Notes under the pieces: generated by a model
What the model was told of the DNA's origin: nothing
Databases searched by the model: none
Seen by the model: only the letters and a program-made list of their open reading frames with translations
Part shown: positions 54,610 through 64,000 of the stretch, piece after piece
Numbering within the stretch: the stretch's first letter is position 1
Layout of the letters: every line of letters begins with the position of its first letter
Program-made: the position numbers and the translations under genes
Origin: Blastocladiella emersonii ATCC 22665
Taxonomy: Eukaryota; Fungi; Blastocladiomycota
Length of the DNA stretch: 64,000 nt
Direction: 5' to 3'
Assembly: GCA_025594325.1 (NCBI GenBank)
Contig: JANHCV010000002.1
Span: 1,116,001 to 1,180,000, forward strand

Positions 54610-57518
54610 TCACAGACACATTGGCTCTGCCGCGAGGACACTCTTCGCGCAGTCGGCAGCGTCATCTTCCGCTTCCGCCGTTGTCGACAGGGAGTCCGTG
54701 ACGATCGTACCGGACCACGTCGGCCGGCTGCGCGAGCGCCACTGCTGCTTCCACCGTTCGACGCGAGGTAGCGCCGTTGCAGCATCAGCGTCGGACGCAT
54801 CGAGTGCTGGTTCGGCATCCAGCTTCTCGAGCGCCACGTCGCGCCAGTGGTCGAGGTCACGCAGGTCGAACAGAAACTGCGTCGTGGGTCGGCCGTGTGG
54901 ACAGTTCTACAGTTGCGGCGATGTGTGAGCGAGGCGAGATCCACCAACTGACAAAGCAGCCGAGACGTACCCATGGATGCCGCATCCCACTCAGCTGGTG
55001 CACGATACGGTGCTGGCGGCGCGTGTCGAGCGGCATCCCGATCATGACCGAGCTGCGGCACGCGCGCGACGCGTAGACGGCCTCGTCGCGGCTTGGCACG
55101 ATGGCGTCGGTGCTCGCCGCGGACTGGATCTTGAGCAGGACGTCGACGAGGTCGCGCACGCCCATGGGCGAGCCGCGGCCGTCGAGTGGGACCGCCTGGA
55201 GCATCCAGCCGCTGCCCGCATCGCCCTCGCCGTCGCCTTGCGCGGCAGCGGGTGAAACGTGGAACCCGGCGCGACAGACGCGCGGATCGTCGAGGAGGTA
55301 CACGAGGGCCGGGTCGAGGTCGATGCGGCGCGGGATCACGAGCGGCTGCACGCGCGGCGTGTGCTGCGTCAGGAGCCGCTCGTAGTTGAACTTTTCGTCG
55401 GCGGCGTGTTGGTCGACGAGAAACAGGTCGTAGCTCGACGCCGCCGTGTTGTTGGTCTCGCCGGCGTCCGACGACTCGGTCGCGGTGGGTTCCGTCGGCC
55501 GCGCGATCTGCACGACGAGGAAGCCGAGGTTGAACTGGCCGATCACGCGCATGCGGGCAAAGTCGTCGCGGCCCAGCGTGCGCAGCACACGCTCGTCGAC
55601 GGGCGTGTAGTCGGACACGTCGGGGAGCGCGGGGACGGCGTCCGTCGCTAGGTCGGCCGTAGGAGTGCCGGCCGCCGCGGGAGCGTGGTGACAGCCCTCG
55701 CCGTGGACGTGAGCGTGGTCGTGAGCGTGGCCGTCCTCGATCTCGCGCGAGGCCGCTGCGGCCGTATCCGCCGAGTCGACACCCTCACCGCCGTCGTCAT
55801 CGTCCATTCGGAGCGACGCGATCCGGCGGTGGTGCCGTTTCGCGCGTGGTGTAGCGTCAGGCGCCACGGACGCCGAGCCGCCATCGTTGAGCGCGTCGAG
55901 GCGACGCTTGAGGCGCAGGTTGCTGGCGGTGAGCACCGACACGGAAGCGACGGGGGATGGCTGAGACGAGCGCGAGGGTAGCTCGTGCGCGACTGGCGTT
56001 GAGGAAGTCGATTCAGCCGCGCGCTGCGAGGATGGTGCGGCTGTCGATTGAGTGAGGGGCACGACCTGCAGCGTCGTCGAGGCGGTCGAGAAGATCTTCT
56101 CGGACAGGTACGACTACACGCAGCGGGCAAGGGTGAGTGACGGTGCGTAGCTTGTCGTCGCGGGTAGCATCGCGCACCTTGAGTGCGTCGAGTAGGTCCG
56201 CCTCGTGGACGAGAATGACGGTGCTAGAAGAGAACGGTCAGCAGCAAATCGAGTCTCGGCAAACAAGCGGAGGAGCGGTACCGCTTGTCGGGCGTGACGT
56301 TCACGTCGACCTCGGTCGCGGCAGCAATGATGTTGAGCACGAAGCTCAGAGTCTGGCTCTGGAACATCTCGCGGTAGCACGCCGTGACGAGGCGCGATAC
56401 CTAGCGATAGGACGAACAATCGCGTTAGCATAGCATAGCAGAAGCAAACCGAGACGAGCCACGTACCTTGGGGATATCGACGGGCCGGCCATTGAGGTAC
56501 AGAAACTGTCGGTCGGCGGTTGGGCGGCCAGGACCAGCCGTGACGCCGCCGACCACGCGGAGCCCAGTCTCGGGGTGCTCCAGCTCGACCTCGCGCCAGT
56601 TCTTGATGGCGGCAGCGTCAAAGATGGCGGTCAGGTTGGCAGTGACGGGCTTACCGACGAAGTTGCCGGGCGGGGGCGGAGGTGTCGTGAAGACGGTCGA
56701 CTTTTTGCCGCTACACAGCCGCAGTCAGTGAGCCAGGTCCGGAGCGTGAGATGATGACGCAAGTTCGTACGCAGCAGTAACGTGGACGAGAGTCACCCGA
56801 GCACCCGTAGCGATGACGGCGTACTGCTGGACCATGGCGACGGTGCGGAGGTACTCGCGCTTAGCGTTGGAGCGGAACTCGGAGGCGCGGACGGGGAGCG
56901 CGTCGAACAGGTTCTCGATGGACACGGTGGTCCCCTGCATGGCGGCGGCCGGCGTGGTGCTGGCCACGGCGCCGCGCGCATCGAACACGAGCTTCGAGCC
57001 GTGCGGCTGGCCGGCGGCGCACGTGGTCATGGATACGGTGGCTAGCGCGCACAGAGACGAGAGCGCTTCGCCGCGGAAACCGAAGCCGGTGGTGGCAACG
57101 TTGTCGAGCTCGTCAAACTCGCGCAGCTTCGAGGTGGCCGACTTGACGGCGACGGTGGCAAAGTCCGACGGCTCGATGCCCGACCCGTTGTCCGAGACGT
57201 GCACGCCGCCGAGACCGTAGTTGTGGATGCGGACCTCTACGTGCGATCAGCGTCAGCATCCGAGGCTCACAGGTTGCAGGGCGAGTGCGGACCGACGGAG
57301 GTGGCCTTGGCGTCGAGCGCGTTCTCGACGAGCTCCTTGACGGCAGTAGCGAGGTCTGGGATGACCTGGTTGGCGCATATCCGCAGTGCCGTGTCCGAGT
57401 CCATGGCACGGATCGAGCGGCCGCGCGAAGTCGGGGTCGACGACCATGACGATGAGTTGGCGGTGCTGCTCCGCCTCGGCGTGGTGGCAGCACTCGCTGG
57501 AGACGACAAGAGCTTCAT
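54610..57518 (-). CDS. PMS1: MutL homologue Pms1 (human PMS2 type) mismatch-repair endonuclease; multi-exon
   Basis: GHKL motifs VKELVENALDA, DNGSGI, TSKL, GFRGEALSSL; RQFLYLNGRPVD; VDVNVTPDKR; endonuclease DQHAADEKFNYE, ACRSSVMIG, CPHGRPT. Confidence 0.95.
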
Positions 57519-57729
57519 GGTTCCTGTTGCATTGAGTGATCCATGGGTTTCCGTCGTGTGTGGTTCGGAGAGAGAGCAGGGCAGGTCGTGAGTCGCAGCC
57601 TGCAGCGGTGCAGCCACAGCGCGAGGCCGACGCGTGACGCGTCGCTTCGCCAAGTCTTCAAGGCCGCCACCAACCCACTCTCTCCTCTCCTCTCCTCTCC
57701 TGTCTAGAAAGCCAGCCCATGCAACTCGA

Positions 57730-59321
57730 ATGAACATGCACTCGACGCCCAACTACGTGCTGCCGGCGCCCGTCACCGTCATCATCTCGGCCGCGTGCAC
57801 GCTGCCGAAGCGCGTACGCCTTCGACCGCGACGGCCCGAACCACCGCGAAGCTGACTGACCCCAGTAAACAAACGTAGTCGGTCGTGCCGCCGGACATCT
57901 TCAACTGCCGCGACCTGTCCTCGCTCGCCGCGCTCGCCGACGCGTCGGCCGAGAAGGCGCTCATTGAAGCGTACGCCCGGCGCAAGGCGACGCTCGCCGA
58001 CGAGGACGCCGCGCACGCCAAGCGCGTTGAGCGCACGCTCGCCAACCACCGGTCCGCCGAGATTGCCGCCCTGACCAACACGGGCCCCGACGACACCGGC
58101 AGCGGCAGCGCGCCCACCGACGCCAAGCTGGGCGCCACGACTGGGTCGGCGACCGTCCCCGTCCAGCGCGCGCCCGAAAAGTCCAAGTCAGCCATCGACC
58201 TGTCCGAGTTCGAACCCTCGACCGCGCCGCTCGACCCGTGGGACGCGGCCGAGGCCAGCAGCAACACCACGTCGGGCGGCGCGGGGCAGGGGTCTGACGA
58301 GGACTGGCGCCAGCTGCAACGCATCATGATGGGCCACCAGGCGCCTGTTGCGCGCCTCGGTAGCGGCAGCCAGCTCGTGGGCTCGAGTAACAGCGGAGTT
58401 TCGGCCTCGTCCACGCCGCTGTCCCACGCGACGACGATCCCGAATGCTGGTGCGACCCCACCGCCGCCGCAGTCCGTCGGCGCTTCCCCGCACTACCACC
58501 TCATGGCCGGCAACGGTCCTGCACCGGGAACCTCGATCACCCCGCCGATCCCGCCGCGCAACCCGCACCAGCGCCTCGCCGCCATCGAGCGGCCCGCGAG
58601 CGTCAACGGGCCCATCATGATGCCGCCCGCTCCCTCGGCGTACCCCGCTCATGCCGGTGCGGGATACGCCGCGATGCAGATGCCGGGGTACGTCCAGGTC
58701 GGCGGTCCCGCGGCACCGGGCTCCATGGCGATGCCGGCACCGGCACCAATGCCTGCGCCGCAGTTGCCGACCCGGTCGTCGACCACGAGCGTCCCTGTCA
58801 CGACGACCGGTGGGAGCAACTCGCCGGGAACCAACCGCCGCCCCAACAAGCTCCCGCCGCCCGCACCCGGCGCACCTGGCGGCGGTGGCGCTCGCCCCGT
58901 CCCGCGCGACCTCCCACCCAACCACCACGGCCTCTTCTACTCGCTGCTCGATATGGGGTTCGGCCAGGACGCCATTGAGCTCGCAATCGCCACGTTTGCC
59001 GATCACACCAAGCGGGTACGTTCTGTTCGCGACTCTTCTCCACCAACGCGACTAACGCTCTACGTGTAGGTGACCGACTTCTGCCTGCTGTTCCCGTCCC
59101 TCCCGCCGCTCCCGCCGCGCCGCGACGTCGTGACGGCGCTGCACACGTTGTACAACGCGTACCACCCCAAGGAGCCCTCGGCCACCGCCGTCAAGGACCA
59201 CCTGTGCGCCTTCACGCGGCTGCGCGACATGGGGTTCGCCGCCGACGCCGTGGCCACGGCGCTCGTCGTCGTCAAGGGCAACGAGCAGGAGGCGCTCGAG
59301 ATGTTGATGAGCAGCGCGTGA
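57730..59321 (+). CDS. UBAP1: UBAP1-like ESCRT-I subunit (UMA-like N-terminus, C-terminal tandem UBA); introns 57814-57878, 59016-59069
   Basis: N-terminal YVLPAPVTV...LPKR|SVVPPD...DASAEKALIE, central IDLSEFE...DPWD...QLQRIM, and two UBA-like units LLDMGF and LRDMGF...EALEMLMS. Confidence 0.6.
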
Positions 59322-59424
59322 TGCATGGTGGCGAGGAATTTACAGTGACTTGTATTATGTACAGAGGGGGGATATGCGTGTGCTTTACATGGATCGAGAG
59401 GGAGGAGGGAGGCCAGCACCCGAC

Positions 59425-60916
59425 TCAGAAGCTCCTGCGCAGGACCAGGACGTGGCCTGCCGCGACCATGGCCATCATGAGGAGCAGCGAGATGAAGACA
59501 ATGTGGCCTTCGTCGGCTACAGGGCAAATTGGGGTCGGTCAGCATCGCGGTTCGAGAGATCAAGTACTGGGGAAGGAAACGTACTAAATCCAGCCTCAGG
59601 GTGAGGCATGCCCGGGACTTGTGTCTCAAGCCCGAACACGGCCGAGATCCCCGTCACGGGCACGAACGCGGCGCCAATCAGACTCATGGTACGCATCTTC
59701 TGCTCGCTGTCACGCGACGCGGCCGACGTGCGCCAGGTGATGCGCGTGTGGTAGTCGGCGTGGGCCGTCGTGAGCGTCTCCTTGACCATGGCCAGCGCGT
59801 GCTTCATGGTGACGATCCGGTCGAGCACGTCGCGCAGGTACACCTGCGTGGCCGGCTGGAAGTAGGCGAACTTGCGCTTGAGCATGCGCTTGATCAGCTC
59901 CTCCTTGGCCGCCAGTAGCCGCCCGATCTGCGCCGTGCGCTTGGTCCCGCACCGGACGCGCTCCAGCAGCGCCTCGGTCGCGTCCGTCGCGAGGTCCTCG
60001 GTGCCCGTCGCCTGCCGCTCCAGCTCGTCGGCCTCGGCCTCGATCCCGCGCAGCGTCGGCTGCGCCCCGTCCACCATGTCCGATACCACCGCGTACGCGA
60101 CCCAGTCGGGCGCCAGCGCGCACGCGCCGCTCGGGCCCGCGGCGACGGGCGAGAGCAGCGAGCTGCGCTTGTTGGCGGACGGCTGCTGCGCGGCGCGCTG
60201 CTGCTGCTTGCGCCCGGTGCCGTCGTCGTCACCGCACAGGCCCGGCGACATGAGCAGGCGCAGCAGCACGTTGAACGTGTGGCGCAGAGGCTCGCGGCGC
60301 ACCGTGATGACGCAGTCGGCGAACAGCAGCACGTGGTAGTAGGTCTCGCGCAGCGCCATGTCGTCGACGATGCTCTCGGCGTTGTCGGCCAGCGTCGCCA
60401 GGCTCAGGTACAGGTAGTGGTCGTACACCTCGCACTTCTCGCGCACGTCGCCCGTAAGCAGGCCGTCGATGCACACCGGGTGGATCCGGAAGATCTGAGC
60501 GAGCACGGCCAGGTCGGCCGCCGACGGCTGGAACAGGTCGAGCCAGAAGGGCGCCGACGCGACGCGGTCCAGGCCCGCGGCACCGCCCATGGGCGGCAGC
60601 ACGTTGCTCAGGACTTTGCTGAGCGTGTTGCCCTGCATCATGCCCGTCGCCGCCGTGAAGAAGGTGAACTTGTTCTGCGGGTTGAACGACTATAGTCGGG
60701 GCGAACCGTCAGTGTCGTCGCATCAGCTGTGGCGGCGCGATTTGTGGCACGTACGCGTCGGAGCGAAGCCGTCTTGCTGTCGACCGTCGCCGCCAGCGGC
60801 GCGCCCGAGGGGTACACGGCATCCCTGCCAAACACGGACTGCGCGAGTGCCGCCGTCGCGGACGGGCTCGCGTGGACCGAGAAGTAGGAGGAGAGGAGTT
60901 GGTAGTCGATTGACAT
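59425..60916 (-). CDS. CorA/Alr1-Mnr2-like divalent cation transporter, copy 1, non-canonical FGLE signature; 2 introns
   Basis: KFTFF, FWLDL, IFRIHP, DVREKCEVYDHYLYL, PDWVAY, YLRDVLDRI, TM1 ending SAVFGLETQVPG. A last intron restores TM2 (HIVFISLLLMMAMVAAGHVLVLRRSF-stop). Confidence 0.85.
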
Positions 60917-61398
60917 GGTTGGAAGGTTGTGATCGGTCGAGTGATGGGACGCGTCCAGCGCGGGGGGAAACAGTAGACTGCGGGAGGACGGAGGGGGATC
61001 CGTGCTTCTTGTACCTCTCGCACGCACACAGGGAGAGCAGACAATGACGTCGAGTCCCGGCGATCCGCGCGCCAAGTGCCACGAGCCCCGTCCGCGCCAC
61101 ACGAACGCCGATGCAGTTGATGAGATCGGCGCTGCGCCACCACGCTGCGGTCATTGAAGGCTTAACGTCAAGCATTCGCGCCAGCTCGGTCGATTTGATC
61201 ACTGACTTCAGCCTGCGCTTCCCCTCGGATTCACGCCCTCCGCTATTCTTGTCGCCGCCACGCGGAGACTACAAGACCCGTCGCATCCCCGCCCTCCCCT
61301 TCCCTCGTGGCCCCTTTTGCTTCGAGCTGGCCTCGAGCATACCCTTCCAAAAGCGGCTGGCTCGCTCCTCACTCCTCACACCACCATCAACCTCAACC

Positions 61399-62959
61399 AT
61401 GTCCGTGTACGAGACCCGCGGGCTCGCGCAGCAGCGCGCGCCGCCGTCGCGCCCGCCGCGGACCGAGACCAGCACGGCGTCGGTCGACTTCAACATGCTG
61501 GCCAAGTACCTGGCGGGCGGCGAGAGCGCGGCGGCCGAGTTTGCGCACCAGGTGTTCGGCAAGGACCCGTACACGTCGGCGACGGGCGTGCCGCTCGCGT
61601 CGTCCATGGCCATGTCCTCGGCCAAGCTCGGCATGAGCTTCGACCCGCACGCCAAGTTCACCTTCTTCTCGGCGTCGCGCGGCCTGCTCCAGGGCGAGTC
61701 GCTCAGCATGGTCCGCGACCTCCTCACGCCCGTCCCGATCCAGGATTACCAGGTCAGCAACGTGCCCAACCTCGTGTCGTCGTTCTCGTCCGATAACGAC
61801 CCCGGCTGGTGGCACGACCCGTCGCCCACGAGCACCACGTCGGGCCACCACGACCCGGCGGCGCCGCACCAGCCGACGTGCATGGGCGTGGAGCCCTTCT
61901 GGCTCGACATCACGGCCCCGCAGAGCGTCGATCTCGCGCTGTTGACCAAGGTGTTTGACGTGCACCCGCTGACGATCGAGGACATGGCGACCGACGACGC
62001 GCGCGAAAAGTCGGAGATCTACGACCACTACCTGTACCTGGCGCTCAAGACGCCGTCCGACGCGGCGGCCGCGTCGTCGGTCGACGACGGGTCCGTGTCG
62101 GCGACGATGCGCGAGACGACCGTGTTCGTGCTCCTGTTCCGCGAGTGCATCGTCACGGTGCACCTCGAGCCTGTGCGCCACGCGTTCAACGTCGCGGTTC
62201 GGCTTATGACGGCGCCGGGGCTCTCGGCGGGCGCGACCGCGGCCGCGGCGCTCGACAGCAAGGCGGCCATGGGGCGGCCGCAGGTATGGCTCGCGCCCGA
62301 TTGGGTCCTGTACACGGTGCTCGACGACATCATCGAGTCGATGCGGCCCGTGATCCACGGCATCGACGGCGCGGTCGAGGGCATCGAGCGGCAGGTGCAG
62401 GTCGCGGACGTGAACGGCGAGAACGAGACGCTGCTGCGGCGGATCCGGCGCACGGGCAAGCGCGTCGGGCAGCTTGTGCACCTGCTCCATCGAAAGGAGG
62501 AGGTGGTCAAGTCGCTGTCGCACCGCAGCTCGCGGTACATCCACCCGGCTACGGTCGTGTACCTGCGCGACATCTTCGACCACATTGTCACGCTGCAGCA
62601 CTCGCTGGCGGCGACCAAGGACGCGCTCAACACGGCCAACGGCAACTTCAAGTCGCACCTCGAGCTCACCATGTCCAAGATGTCGCACAACATGAACGTC
62701 AGCATGAAACAGATCACGATCATGGGCGCCGCGTTCATGCCCATCACGGCCAGTACGTGCTGATCGCTCACTCTCGCGCGTGTGATGGTTCGCTGACGCA
62801 TCTCTCGCACGCTCTGTAGTCGCCGGTATCTTCGGCATGAACGTGCGCATCCCGGGGCATCACGAGTTTAACCCACAGGACGTCAATTACGTCTACTTCT
62901 GGTCCATCCTTGGCTTCATGATCGTCGTCTCGTTCACCTTCGTTTGGTGGCTGCGCTAA
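61399..62959 (+). CDS. CorA/Alr1-Mnr2-like Mg2+ transporter, copy 2, canonical GMN; 1 intron
   Basis: KFTFFS, FWLDI, FDVHPLTIEDM, REKSEIYDHYLYL, PDWVLYTVLDDI, YLRDIFDHI, TA|IAGIFGMNVRIPG, YFWSILG. Confidence 0.92.
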
Positions 62960-63273
62960 ACTCGCGGCACGTTGCCTTGTTTGTGAACTTGTACATATCA
63001 TACATTCATTCGATCCAGATCCGCGTGCGGCGATCAGAGTGCAGGATTTGGACGCGCCGCTGGCGAAGGCGCGAGACAGAACGCGAGACGCGTCTCGCAG
63101 CGGCGCACGTGCGCAACTCCAACGCGTTTCAGCTTCCAGCGACCAAGCGCATCGGCTCTCCCCTTCCTCCTCCCCTCGCTCCCCGCTCCACGGACCGCGT
63201 CCTTGTAATCCATGCATCGCTTTCAGGAGACTTGAAGGAAGCCGATCCAGTGACTCTTTCGCACACACTCACT

Positions 63274-64000
63274 ATGGCTCCAGTTGCGACCCAGTCGCCG
63301 TCCGTGGGGCACGAGCCGCCACCACCCGCGTCGCCGCCGTCCGTCCGAGAGACGCCGAACCCGATACCGCTGCCCGATGATCTCGCCCAGGCCGTGCTGG
63401 TACGGCGAGCGCGGTCCGCGATGAATGCGTCGCGTGCTGATCGTTCAGCAATGGCTGTAGCGGCTTGCAAAGCCCAGCATCTACCTCGAGCCGCTCGCCG
63501 ACCGGCTGGTCGCGCACAAGCACTTTGCCGAGTCGGTGATCGAGTTCTCCAAGGACGTGTACGTAGGTCGGCGTCGCACGCGAGCCCTGCTGGTACTGAT
63601 TGCGCTGCACATCGTAGCGCGCAAGTGTACGAGTCGTTCGGCAAGGCGCTGCTCAAGGTCGTGGCCAAGTACCAGGTCGACAACCCTGACGGTGTCGGGT
63701 ACGCCCTACGAGTGCCGCTCCGCAGACTGAAACTCATCTCCACTCGCACTAGTGTGTTCGCCGCGCCATGGGCCTCGTTCCGCCACCAGCAGGAGCTCGT
63801 CGCGACACACGCCGCGTCCATGACACCGAGCCTCACCGCCAAGGCCGAGAAGCTCAAGGAGTCGCTCAACAAGGACGGCTGGAAGAGCCTGCGCGGCCAC
63901 CAGAAGCGCGCCGTCAAGTCCGCGCGCGCCCTCGAGGACGCACAGGCAAAGTACACGGCCGCGTCCAACGACCCGAAGAAGCCCAACGAGAAGAAGCTCG
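63274..64000 (+). CDS. F-BAR domain protein (Syp1/FCHO-like), 5' part only; at least 3 introns
   Basis: Spliced RLVAHKHFAESVIEFSKDV|AQVYESFGKALLKVVAKY...VFAAPWASFRHQQELVATH, a helical F-BAR-like pattern. Runs off the window end. Confidence 0.55.
   Translation, partial: MAPVATQSPSVGHEPPPPASPPSVRETPNPIPLPDDLAQAVLVRRARSAMNASRADRSAMAVAACKAQHLPRAARRPAGRAQALCRVGDRVLQGRVRRSASHASPAGTDCAAHRSAQVYESFGKALLKVVAKYQVDNPDGVGYALRVPLRRLKLISTRTSVFAAPWASFRHQQELVATHAASMTPSLTAKAEKLKESLNKDGWKSLRGHQKRAVKSARALEDAQAKYTAASNDPKKPNEKKL

Noticed and set aside
63445-63460. Upstream alternative acceptor (TTCAG) in the F-BAR gene's first intron that would give a premature stop
   Set aside because: It lies only about 8 nt from the branch site, versus about 20 nt or more in other introns here. 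The downstream TAG is the natural acceptor, and there is no evidence the first is used.

Overview
Gene-dense, high-GC eukaryotic genomic DNA with short (about 55-100 nt) GT-AG introns (GTACGT/GTGCGT donors, CTAAC/CTGAC branch sites). It looks like an early-diverging fungus, plausibly Blastocladiomycota (Allomyces-like). That taxon is an inference from style and gene content only. The backbone is housekeeping genes: SNF1 (partial), RQC1/TCF25, SPT7, a PAQR, BRE1, VMA4, PTR2, a cytochrome b5-fused sphingolipid desaturase, NOP15, NCB2, EMC10, eIF4E, POM33, PMS1, a UBAP1-like ESCRT-I subunit and a partial F-BAR gene. Interspersed accessory material is the most interesting part: (1) two intronless orphan 7-TM paralogues with GPCR-like disulfide and TM3-Arg features; (2) a secreted orphan with a hyper-acidic repeat tail, a detached second copy of that tail, and an adjacent subtilase whose four active-site motifs all deviate from consensus; (3) a lower-GC tandem F-box-like/LRR array in visible birth-and-death (intact, nonsense at codon 3, frameshifted, fragment); (4) an inverted, apparently identical 1.2 kb copy of the PTR2 3' half inside older diverged homology and fused to an F-box fragment; (5) a head-to-head CorA pair where one copy has GLE instead of GMN; (6) a 6-nt microexon and a 534-nt stop-free intron in the desaturase; (7) a decayed tRNA-Ser-like sequence. 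No CRISPR array, rRNA or recognisable transposase was seen. All homology calls come from remembered family motifs, not database searches.
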